From: Nemertoderma westbladi
Lineage: Eukaryota; Animalia; Xenacoelomorpha
Reading direction: 5' to 3'
NCBI GenBank assembly: GCA_032718475.1
Contig: JAUCBJ010005486.1
Location: 1 to 64,000, forward strand
DNA: 64,000 nt
This document shows positions 1-11,540 of the stretch, piece by piece. A program made the translations under genes and the position numbers. The notes under the pieces are model-generated. The model did no database searches and had not been told where the DNA came from. It saw nothing but the letters and a program-made list of their open reading frames with translations. Every line of letters begins with the position of its first letter. Position 1 is the first letter of the stretch.

Positions 1-711
1 AATTATGACAGTTAACTTTGAAAGTCCTCAGCAAGTCTCTGATCGGATGAGCATAAGCTCAAAGGATGGTATGCTTGAGCATGTGGATGACTTCTGTTAC
101 CTGGGATCATGGATCCGGAAGTCAGGTGAGGACCTTCGAATACGTAAGGGAAAGGCATGGGCAGCCTTGAATAGGCTTTCCAGGATTTGGAAGTCACCGA
201 GAATTAATCGGAAACTTAAGGTCCGATTATTTAGAGCAGCAGTAGTTCCAGTACTCCTCTACGGGAGTCCATGCTGGGCTCTAACTGCAGAGGACACCAA
301 ATCTCTGGATGGCACATTCACAAGAATGCTACGCCGGGTTCATTGTGTCAAGTACAATGCACACATCTCCAACCAGACACTATATAACATTGGAGGTGTC
401 TCATTGGTTCCCCCAAGCTTGACACTAGAACAAAATCGCCTCCGCTTTGCAGGACATTGCTTTCGCCGTGAGGACCAGCCAGTGCATAATCTTGTACTTT
501 GGCAGCCTCATGGAGTGAATAAGCATGGTGGACAGCCCATGACTTTCTTGAGACGCATCTTAAAGGACACAGGCCTTAAAGGTGCGGATGATCTAGCAAA
601 TGTCATGGGTGATAGGGAGTTGTGGCGGTGCAATTTTGTTGACAAGCCGGCACAGCATTCCTAAAAATGCAGCTGCAATGCAGCATGCCGATCCTAGTAG
701 TAGTAGTAGTA
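1..711 (+). mobile_element. RTE-clade LINE, 3' part (RT C-terminus, 3' UTR, (TAG)n tail)
   Basis: ORF 5..664 has RTE motifs (FCYLGS, LKVRLFRAAVVPVLLYGS, RLRFAGHCFR, DRELWR); ends in tagtagtagtagta at ~696-711. Confidence 0.85.
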
Positions 712-3700
712 CCCACACCGGCGAGCCTATCAGCGCCGTCATCATCCAACAATTCTATTAAATTTTCCACAATAAACTCGCGATCTATTTGCAACAAAGT
801 ACCAATTATAACAGACTATATAATATCAGGACAAATCGATATCTGCACCATTACCGAGACATGGCTCACTTCAAATGATGATAGCATACGGGCACAATGC
901 CAGATTGGAGGCTTAACTATTCTCGATTGCCCTAGAGTCAGCGGCCGAGGAGGCGGCACTGCAATAATATTTTCCCCTCGTGTTACGGCAACCCTATTAG
1001 AGCACGGCACTCGGGACTCATTCGAATACTCGACATGGAGAATATTTAACTCAAAGAAGGTACTATTCATTGTATCTGTCATTTATCGACGCCCATATTC
1101 CAAACAGCACCCTGTGACCACGCAACGGTTTTTGGAAGAATTCCCAGACTACATCGAGACACTGCTCTGCATGCTCGAGAAATTGATTATAACGGGTGAT
1201 TTCAACATACATCTTAATGACGAGTCCGATCCTTGTGCGCTCTCCTTCATCGACTCACTCACTTGTCTCGGACTCTCTCAGCATGTCACCGTCCCCACTC
1301 ATATCAGTGGAAATACGTTAGATCTCATAATCACTCGCAATAACGATGAAATACCGTTGTCGACTCCGATCTGCGGTGTAAAACTATCAGATCATTACTT
1401 TATCAACACCAACATCACCGAGCAACATTAAACTACCCTACTACCTGAAACAATTTCCTACCGTAACCTAAAGCGCATCAATATTCCTGACTTCAAACGA
1501 GATTTGGCATCATCATCACTATACAATCTTTCTTCAATTAGCGAATTGAATTGTGACCAACTAGTCGATGAATATAATCGAGTAATGATTTCCACGCTTG
1601 AAAAACACTCGCCCTTAATCACGAAGAAAAAATCGTTGTTAAGAACAAACCCGTGGTATAACCCATCTCTCTGCATTCTCAAGAGAAATCGGCGGAATTT
1701 AGAACGCAAATGGCGAAAAACACACTCTACTGATGATGCATCGGCGCTCTCAAACGCCCAAAACATTTACTCACGAGCACTCATATCTGCCCAACGGAAC
1801 TATTACACTTCACTTGTCAATGAGTGCGCAGGCGATCAAAGGAAATTGTTTGCACTCACAAAATCACTGATGATCCCCAAAGTGCAGCCTGTCCTACCTA
1901 CTCCAAATCCCAACACATCATTACCTGACTCATTCGGTGAGTTTTTCATAGACAAAGTTGAAAAGATCCGACAGCAACTCACCACAATGAGATCAAATAT
2001 GAATATTACGGCCACAATCACGCAACCTGATGCTAAAACAGGGAGTTCAGCAACGCAACCATTGCAAAAACAAACTATTGACCCTTTCTCCCAATTTCGA
2101 CCAGTATCACAACCCGAAGTCAAACAACTAATATTAAAGTCAGCAAACAAACAGTGCGACAACGACCCAGTACCAACTTACCTTGTCAAAAAGGCCATCG
2201 ATCAACTATTGCCTGTCATCACAGAGATAATTAATAAGTCAATCACTACCGGATATTTTCCTGACTTTTGGTCCGAGGTGATAATCTCTCCCCTTATAAA
2301 GAAACTGAAGTTAAACTCGATTATCTTCAACAATTATTGGCCGGTAAGCGGGTCAATCTTTCTGTCTAAGACGACCGAGAGAATCGTGCTTTCCCAAATC
2401 ATGACACACGTATTGGAAATGTTGCCTACAAATATATCATCATATCGGCCTCATCATAGTACCGAGACCACATTAGTACGTGTTCACTCTGACATCCTGT
2501 CCGCCATGGACAACCAAAAGGTCACCCTCCTCGTCTTCATCGACCTCAGCGCAGCCTTTGATACTGTGGATAGGGAACTCCTACTTGAAACCCTTCGTAC
2601 AAAGGTGAACATAACCAATGTCGCGCATGATTGGTTTAAATCATACATAGGTAACAGGCGACAGCGAGTAAAAGTACAAGGATGTTTCTCCCGGACCTTC
2701 TGTGTGCTCCACGGATTTCCTCAGGGATCATGTCTCGGCTGTATCCTCTTCATCATCTATATTGCCCAAATCTACATCATCATACAGCGTCATCTACCTG
2801 AGGCTCAAGGGTATGCTGACGATGTACAATTATACCTTTCATTTAAGCCAGATTGTCTCACATCCGATGATTCAGGCATCCGCTCTATGGAAAACTGCAT
2901 CAAAGAACTTAGACAGTGGTTCATCGAAAACTGGCTAAAGATAAATGATGACAAGACCGAACTCATGATAATTGGTACACCGCAGCAACTAGCCAAAGTT
3001 AGCAGCACCTCAATCATTGTTGGCGATCATGTAATCGAGTCCTCTGCGAAGGTTCGTAACCTTGGTGCAATTTTTGACGATCATATGTCAATGCAATCTT
3101 TTATTTCCACCACAACTAGCAGTGCCTTCTACCATCTCCGTAACAAACATATGATCCGACCATTTCTCTCTCGAAAAAGTACCGAATCCCTTATTCATGC
3201 ATTCATTTCCAGTAAACTCGATTATTGCAACGCCCTTCTCTATGGCCTTCCAGAAACCAAAATCAAAAAACTTCAACGAATACAAAATACAGCCGCCAGA
3301 TTGGTCGTGCATGGATCTCGCTATGATCAGATCACACCAATATTGCAATCCCTTCATTGGCTACCCATCCGCTCCCGTATCGAATTTAAAATATGTTTAT
3401 TGACATTCAAATGCCTCAACAACATCTGTCCAGCTTACCTAATCGACCTTCTCAATCTCTATAGTAACCCACACAACAGCCGATCTTCAAACTCATTGGT
3501 CCTACGTGTTCCACCACATAAACACTCAACCCTCGGTGGACGTGCGTTCGCTGTCTCCGCGCCGGCACTTTGGAACAAACTACCACGCGATATCCGACTC
3601 TCAGTCAACCTCGACAAATTTAAATGGTTACTCAAAACTCACCTCTATAATCGTGCATTCAACTAAAAACTGTTTTATTCGAACTCACGTATCGTATAAC

Positions 3701-3875
3701 ATTATTTTATTTTATTATTTTACAGTACAGTACTCCTGGCCCAAAAATAACTATGGGTCTTTTAAACGACATGTATTTTACTTTTTACTTAAGGAGACTG
3801 CTCAGCGCTTAGAATAATTACTTGTTTTTTAAATAAGCGCTTTATAAATATTGAATTATTATTATTATTATTATT
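712..3875 (+). mobile_element. L2/CR1-group LINE ORF2 (APE endonuclease + RT), one frameshift near 1431-1504
   Basis: EN motifs ITETWL, GGG, GDFN, GNTLDL, SDH (667..1431); RT motifs DLSAAFDTV, GFPQGS, YADDVQ, SLHWLP, RAFAVSAPALWN (1504..3666); L2-like end aagcgctttataaat + (TTA)n. Confidence 0.88.
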
Positions 3876-5479
3876 AATGTCCTGGAATGTAGAAGGTCTT
3901 AAGAAAGTTGATACCTCAATAGATGGCCCCTTTGAAGGAGCTGATATTCTGTTATTGTGTGAAACATTCTGTTACAACGATGTTTCAATTAAGGATTATA
4001 CTTGGTATAATGTAGCAGCTGAAAAACAGTTACATGGGAGACCAATGCGTGGTCTCACAATTGCAGTTCACAACAGACTGTCTCTGCCACACCACCGTTC
4101 CTTTGCGAGTGATTCAGCTATCAGCATCTCATTGCCAGAAATGAATATTGTTCTGTGTTACTACACAGGTACTAAAAAGAAAAAAAAAGTACAAAAAATA
4201 CTTCTTGAAATAAACGAAATTACTTGCTACCTACGAACTATTAACAATAATCCGTTTCTAGTGGTGGGTGATTTCAATTGCAGACTAGATGGAGTAGGCA
4301 TTCCGCCAGGTGAACGTCTATGCGATGGACTTCTGGGTATGGACTTATTCTGCCTATCAGACCCCTCCCAGGCCACATATATCTGCTGGAATGGTAGCAG
4401 TGTAATAGACCTGGTCTTTGTCAGTCAATCTATACGAAATACCACCTTAATTAGTATTCTTCCAAGCAACAACACTAAGCACCAACGGATCAGTATTAGT
4501 CTTGTGAGAAACTACCCACGATCCAAAACCACGTGCCGTAAGGGACATTGATGTTGACAAGTTGGCACTTGTGATCGACAATAATAATTTTACACAAGCT
4601 CTTCACACTGGAGTGGATGTTGGATGGATTGATACTGCATAAAGATCTAAAAACTATGAAACATAAACTTAACGATAATCCAACCCCGAATGATTTCCTT
4701 ACCCAAAGCTACAAAAGGAGCTTAAAGTGACCATATCGGCAAAGAAACGACTACATGAAGCTATCAGGAAGATAAAACTAATACGGCGCTGTGAAGATGA
4801 TCACAAACAATTTTGGAAACTTCTAAAAGCGAAAAAAGAGTCAACGATTGCTGTCCAAGTATCCCATGAATGCTGGGTCTCACACTTTGAGAATCTCCTG
4901 TCTCGTCCTCAAGTGGTCCTGTTACCGCCCATTGCAGAAATTGCGGTGTCTGAACTTGATTGTACTATCACGCATGCAGAAATAACGGAATCAGTTGCAA
5001 TTCAGAAGAACAACAAAGCAGCTGGTTTAGATGGCATTACTACTGAATCTTTAAAGGCCGGTTTTGGCCATTTACTGGTTCTAACTCTGGAGCCAATTCA
5101 CTGTCTGTTTTCGAACTGCAACCTGCCCTGCTTCTTGGCTGAAATCATTAATTAATCAATTTCTGAGTTCCATTTATTACTTCCGTTTTCTCACTTCCAT
5201 TTCTTTTTTCTGACTTCAATTTCTTTTTTCTGACTTCAATTTCTTTTTTCTGAGATCCATTTTCGGACTTCCATTTTCTGGCTTCAATTTCTTTATTCTG
5301 ACTTCATTTTGGCGGTAACGGCGCCCCATTATTATCCCACTATACAAGGGGAAAGTTGCTAAATCATCCCCTCACTCCTACCGAGTGATTGCCCTGCTTT
5401 CTTGCTTGCTAAAAACTTACACTACTATACTCTTTCCTTTACTTTACTCTTTACTTCTTCTATACCTTTCTCTCTCGCT

Positions 5480-7291
5480 CACGTATGTTCAGCATACTTT
5501 CACTATATGGGATACTTGATGAAATCAAGTTGCAGCAATCAGATCAGTATACGATGGTTCGACAACATTTGTGTCTACTGTTGACGGTGACACAGAACCA
5601 TTTGAAGTGTTATGGGGCGTCCTCCAAGGAGACACACTTGCACCATTCTTGTTCATAATTGTGGTTGACTATATTCTACGCATGTCTTTAGATCATCATA
5701 ATAATGATGGGGTGATGATAACCAGCCCTCCCAGGGAGAATTTCCACCAAAAAAAAAGGTGAAAAGGTAAACATGGGACATAAAAAAAGGTAAAAAAAAA
5801 GGTGGTTAAAAATCAAACCTATACCCAGTATCCATATCCAAACCGTATCCAGAAAACAAATATTACATTTTGAGATAGATGTTATATATCATATTAACAA
5901 ATCCAATATAATCATTCATTATGTTAACATATCAGTTTATTAGGGCACCTAACTAAACTAATCCTTATCAACTCGTTGCCTTTTCCTGCTGCTCGAAGTA
6001 GCCAGCTTCACATCTATATCAGAAAGTTCCTTTGCAATAGAGCACAATACATTTTGATGGTCTTTGAGTTGAGTATCTGCTGACGCACGGGATTTATTCG
6101 CAATTGAAGCTCATAATTGTGGTTGACTATATTCTACGCATGTCTTTAGATCATCATAATAATGATGGGGTGATGATAAGATAACTCCACCTACTGGCTC
6201 CAGAAGTCGAGGTAATCCTGCCAAGTACCTAACTGATCTAGAGGCTGATGACTTAGGAGTACTCTCAGAATCACAAGAGGGAGCCCAACGGCACCTCAGC
6301 TCACTAGAACAGGCTGTTTCTAGTGTTGGTCTTTTTATTAACTCCAAAAAGACCAAAATTTTGACAGTTAACTTTGAAAGTCCTCAGTAAGTCTCTGACC
6401 GGATGAGCATACGCTCAAAGGATGGTATGCTTGAGCATGTGGACGACTTCTGTTACCTGGGATCATGAATCCGGAAGTCAGGTGAGGACCTTGGAAAATG
6501 TAAGGGAAAGGCATGGGCAGCCTTGAATAGGCTTTCCAGGATTTTTAAGTCACATAGAATTGGTCGGAAAATTAAGGTCCGATTATTTAGAGCAGCAGTA
6601 GTTCCAGTACTCCTCTATGGGAGTCCATGCTGGGCTCTAACTGCCGAGGACACCAAATCTCTGGATGGCACATTCACAAGAATGCTACGCCGGGTTCATT
6701 GTGTCAAGTTCAATGCACACATCTCCAACCAGACACTACATATCATTGGACGTGTCGCATTGGATTCCCCAAGCTTGACACTAGAACAAAGCCGCCTCCG
6801 CTTTGCAGGACATTGCTTTCGCCGTGAGGACCAGCCAGTGCATAATCTTGTGCTTTGGCAGCCTCATGGAGTGAATAAGCATGGTGGATAGCCCATGACT
6901 TTCTTGAGACGCATCTTAAAGGAAACTGGCCTTGAAGATGCGGATGATCTAGCAAATGTCATGATGGGTGATAGGGAGTTGTGGCGGCGCGATAGAGAGG
7001 CCATTACTTTTAAGAAGGCAGAATAGTACAGTGTGATCGGTAATGGTGGTATGCGGCTAAGGTTTGGAATTTAGTTAGAATTTAGTTGAAAGTTCAACTA
7101 TTTTTCTTAAAAAAACGCTTTAACTAACTAAATTCGTAGCGACAAATTAACTAAAACTACTTTAACTAAATAACACCAAATGACAACTTAACTAGTTGAC
7201 CTTTCTAGTTGAACCTAACTAGTTGAACAGCACTGATTTTGTCGACAGGCCAGCACATCATTATTTAAAATGCAGCTGCAATGCATCTGCC
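5480..7291 (+). mobile_element. 5'-truncated RTE LINE, second copy of the 1..711 family
   Basis: GVLQGDTLAPFLF (~5617); 6357-6990 near-identical to 1-630; flanked by a ~50-bp direct duplication (5387-5436 / 7292-7341). Confidence 0.8.
5723..6111. mobile_element. One-ended hAT-like fragment inside RTE copy 2
   Basis: Starts cagccctcccag, similar to the termini of 13735..15206, then A-rich subterminal repeats; no second TIR seen. Confidence 0.45.
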
Positions 7292-8561
7292 CGATTGCCC
7301 TGCTCTCTTGCTTGCTAAAAACTTCCACTACTATTCTCTTTACTAGACTAGGCTGAGACGCATAATATTCTACCGGTTCAGCAGTATAGTTTCAGAAAAA
7401 GAAGATCTACTCTGATGGATGGCAGTGTGTTCCCTCTATAAACGGATCAACTCTGCCCTAGCTTCCCGTGGAGGTCGCTTATATGTAGTATTTGTAGACT
7501 TCACCAAGGCCTTCGATTCGGTCGACAGGGTAAAACTCTGCTCTTTCCGGCCTTTTAGGCACCTTCCAGCCCCATCCAACAGATGGTAGGGTTGATACAG
7601 GGTGACAAATTATCACCACTTTTATGTAGCCTGTTTATAGCTGACCTGCCCGCCGCCTATGTAGTGTAACCATTGGTATTGTCATTCTCCAGTACGCCGA
7701 TGACCTTGCTATCTGTGGGTCTTCACTACAAATGGTACAGTCTGCCCTTGATGAGCTCCATGTTTATTGTCGCTCAACAATCTCAAAATGAACCTCTCAA
7801 AAACGAAAACGGTGAAATTTCGTCGGGGGGGGGGGGGGGGGGGGGGGGTAGGCTAGCTCAGTCAGACATACTTTTATATAATGGCTGCCGCCGTTTAGAA
7901 TTTGTGAATAAATTTAATTACCTCGGGGTGGTTTTCTCCACACGGAATGGAGAGTCGGGTCATTACAACCACCTCTACCTACTATGGGGCTTCTTGTCGG
8001 AGCTTGGCTACAAAAGTAGACCTTTCTGCAGTTTCACTCGACACTGCAAACAAACTTTGGGCTCTGGTCGTGTTTCCTGCCGTAACATACGGCTGCGTTG
8101 TATTTGAGGACTCACCCTCTAAGCACAATCTTCTTAAATTAAAGCACGTCATTAAAACTCGTGGCCTCCTTTATAGACTCTGGAGCGGAATCAGAAAGTT
8201 TAGCTCCACTTTTCGAATCTTGTCTGCAGTAGATAACCCCGCTCTCGTTCTCATTGGGTAAACCTTCTTGAAACCGCCGCCGAATAGCGGCACAATATAT
8301 CTCGAACGCGACCACCACAAGGTCTGTGCGAGTCAAAACTGGTGGAGAACATCCGATTGAGCATGCGGCTCATTGTAAGGCACTGAACGAACTCATAAAG
8401 AGGCTGAAATCCAGGCCAATAACAACCCTCTCGCCGTGCTTCTCTACTTGGCGAAAATATAAGCAGCTCACACGACATTGATTGAACGATCATTTTAATT
8501 CGATTCTTAAAATACTAATAATTATCTTTTTGTTTTATATGTTTTAACATCCATAGATTGT

Positions 8562-8680
8562 ATAAATTATTAAGTAATTCAAACAGGACATAGAATGATC
8601 CAACTCTATAGCAAATGGAGCGGAAATATTTGCTATACAGTTGGGTCATCCTATGTCCTGTTTAAATACTGAATAATTAA
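8562..8680. repeat. Short palindromic hairpin element (MITE-like)
   Basis: aaacaggacatagaatgatccaactctatagcaaat ... atttgctatacagttgggtcatcctatgtcctgttt imperfect inverted repeat. Confidence 0.7.
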
Positions 8681-8885
8681 TATCTTTTAATGTATATATT
8701 TTAATATAAATTTTTTTTTTCTATACACCTCCGGTCGAGGTAAATCTATATTAACAATAATTATTGGTATTGGATTTCTAATTTTTAACACCAAATGTTT
8801 TGGTAAATAAAGTCTCTATCATCATAATTGTTAATGGTAATCGTTTACTTTACTAGGAGTAGTCGGTGTTAATTAATCGACTTAC

Positions 8886-9136
8886 TATGCATTATGGGTT
8901 TTCCGTTTTTGAACCACTCGACAACTAGACTGGGATCGTCCGCGGGTTGAACTCGAGTCTCGAAGTGAACCAAATCGTTCTCCTTGACGGACCCCGGCGG
9001 CACCAGTCGTCGCTCGAACGCCGGCACACGGTACCTCTTCCCGTCGCAAGAGGCGCCCCCAGTGTCCTCGTCCTCAGAGTCAGACAGTCGCTTTACGTAA
9101 CTCGGTATCGGAGACGGGGCCGGTGGGGCTAAACGT
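8886..9136 (-). CDS. Titin/sallimus-like gene, exon 7 of 7 found (linker + N-half of Ig domain)
   Basis: Acceptor tttaccag|, donor |gtaagt; RLAPPAP...VPAFERRLVPPGSVKENDLVHFETRVQPADDPSLVVEWFKNGKPIMH, kettin/titin-type Ig; phase 2 start matches the 22705 donor. Confidence 0.88.
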
Positions 9137-9339
9137 CTGGTAAACAATTAACAGTCACTTATTATTAGTAATATTATTATTATTAATAGTAATCTTTGGA
9201 TATTGTTGATAAACACGTTTGTGGAACCTTCGCACAGAACTAAGCAAGAGTATTAAACCGGTACCAATATTTTAACCGTGGCTTAGTCTCCCTTTAGCGG
9301 GAGACTGGGGAAATGCAGAGTTCTCTCACGCAAACTCTA

Positions 9340-9495
9340 TTTATATATTATGTTATGATAATGTTCTCCATAGCTAAAAATATCAACCGAACCTATTGGG
9401 GCTCGAACCCGGTACCTAGGTTTCAAACTTCCGGTCTTCATCAGCCGGGTGAGTGTCCAAAGACCACTGAGCTACCAGGACGGATGAAGATTTAT
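9340..9495 (-). mobile_element. tRNA-like SINE/retrozyme carrying a hammerhead ribozyme
   Basis: Minus strand: A box TAGCTCAGTGG, hammerhead, B box GGTTCGAGCCC, then T-rich tail; related inverted copy at 10265..10410. Confidence 0.7.
9407..9450 (-). ncRNA. Minimal type I hammerhead ribozyme
   Basis: ACCCGG-CUGAUGA-AGAC(CGGAA)GUUU-GAAA-C(CUAG)G-UA-CCGGGU: full conserved core, 6-bp stem I, 4-bp stem II, 2-bp stem III with palindromic loop, GUA cleavage triplet. Confidence 0.8.
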
Positions 9496-9597
9496 ATTAT
9501 ATATTAATTAATTGTATATGTATATTAATATAAATAATATATATTAATTAATTGGATAAATTGGATATGTATATTAATATAAATAATATATATATAA

Positions 9598-10215
9598 TTC
9601 GCCGTCACCCCACCCCACAACAATTCATTTATTATTAATTAAAAGAATGGCCGGCATACGGGGTTACAGTGGTTTCTACAACGCTGTATAATAGTTATTC
9701 TTTGAGGCATGGTTGCCATTTCTGGCAGAGCACGGGAATAACGTTGTACTTTCCTATGAGTGATGTAAAAAGGCCTAAAAATTATAAAAGAAAAAAGTAC
9801 TATTAGATAAAATACTATAACATATATTTATTCGCAGTCACCCACCCCACAACAAATCATTTATAATTAATTAACACGCATGGCCGGCATACGGGGTTAC
9901 AGTGGTTTCTACAACACTTTATAATAGTTATTCTTTGAGGCATGGTTGCCATTTCTGGCAGAGCACGGGAATAACGTTGTACTTTCCTATGAGTGATGTA
10001 AAAAGGCCTAAAAATTATAAAAGAAAAAAGTACTATTAGATAAAATACTATAACATATATTTATTCGCAGTCACCCACCCCACAACAAATCATTTATAAT
10101 TAATTAACACGCATGGCCGGCATACGGGGTTACAGTGGTTTCTACAACACTGTATAATAGTTATTCTTTGAGGCATGGTTGCCATTTCTGGCAGAGCACG
10201 GGAATAACGTTTTAC
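9598..10215. repeat. 233-bp tandem repeat, ~2.7 copies
   Basis: Units start ttcgc(c/a)gtcaccc at 9598, 9831 and 10064. Confidence 0.9.
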
Positions 10216-10264
10216 CTTGAGTGTCTGTAAAAGGCCAAAATATGATAGCCCACTCCATAGTGAA

Positions 10265-10410
10265 TAAATCTTCACCGTCCTAATAGCTTAGGACACACAT
10301 CCGGCTGATGATAACCGGAAGTTTGAAGCGTATGGACCGGGTTCGAGCCCCAATCGCGTCGGTTGATATTTTTCGCTATGGAGAACATAATCATAAAATA
10401 ATATATATTT
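10265..10410 (+). mobile_element. Second, degenerate copy of the hammerhead SINE
   Basis: ccggCTGATGAtaaccggaagtttGAAGcgtatggaccggg then GGTTCGAGCCC; GAAA changed to GAAG, cleavage triplet lost, A box partly deleted. Confidence 0.7.
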
Positions 10411-10439
10411 AATTCGCCGTCACACCACCCCACAACAAT

Positions 10440-11540
10440 TTATTTATTTTTAACGAACTCTATTTAAGTACTTTGACAGACAATCTATGTACATGTGTAG
10501 CAAGTTTGGTTTAATTTCATCAAAGAATAGGGATGTGAGTCAGCAAATGTAAGGAAATTTCCTAAACATTTTTGCGGAAATTTCCTGTTTTTTTAATTAT
10601 TATTATATAAAGTTTACTTGTAATAGTAAATATTTACAGAAATATCCTCATATTAATTGCAGGAAATAGTAATAATAAAATTTGAACAAAGTTGTGATTG
10701 TGACTTTGTGTTTTGTCAAATTCATTATTAATTAGATATTTTATATTGAACGCAATTTCGGAAATTAATACATTTTCAATTTTAACTCTTTTACAATAAT
10801 TTAATACCTCCTGCTATTTTGCCAGTTTATATACATTCTGAAAACACAAGGCTTGCCAGCAAGAGCTGGCAATAATGGACGGATCCATTGTTACCAATAT
10901 TGTTGTAATAAATATGCAAGGCAGCCTAATAACGAAAAACGAAACATTGGGCAAAGTACACAATGTAGTAAATATTGTATATTAAAAAAAACGCGAAGTA
11001 GGAAATGTATCTTCTCCTACAATTTTAAACGAAATAAAGTGAAATTTCGCAGAAAGCATGTCCAATAGGTGCTCCCTATGGGCTGTCGACAGAATTTTGA
11101 TTGTGTGAATTCTACGATTATGATCGGTCATTCTAGAATAAATTTCACTGTAGCTAGGCAACCAACAGGTCCCTCGCAACCAAAACCTTGCATACACAAC
11201 TAGGTCCGATAATGAACCTATCATCAAAGTTTCATCCAATCCCATCAACATTAAGTGCAAGAAGTTGTGTGTACAAACAAACACACGAACAAACAAACAC
11301 GCGTGAGAAATAAGGATATCCAGTTCTGCTGGATCCGTCCAACATCCAGTTCGGCTGGATCCGTCCAACAAGTAGAGAAAAAAAAACACTAGAAACAAGT
11401 GAATCCTGCTTAGTTGTGTTGGGGTGGTTCGTTGTCTTGACTCTTGTGGTCGTAACTACTGGTGAGGTATTTATTAGCCCTCAAACATTAGGAGACAGAC
11501 AGACCAACCGACAGACAACGGTTGAATAAGTGGTATCCGT
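10440..11540 (+). repeat. Interspersed repeat, Helentron/HINE-like, running into the satellite
   Basis: 10525-10850 plus 11385-11470 recur at ~24200-24660; ends in gacagacagac microsatellite. Confidence 0.45.

Larger units (their letters stand above)
3877..8520 (+). mobile_element. Degenerate non-LTR retrotransposon (EN+RT), interrupted by an RTE copy and other inserts
   Basis: SWNVEGL, LCETF, GDFN (3877..4551); KAAGLDGI (~5015); VDFTKAFDSVDR (~7495); QGDKLSPL (~7598); YADDL (~7693); FNYLGV; many stops and frameshifts. Confidence 0.75.
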
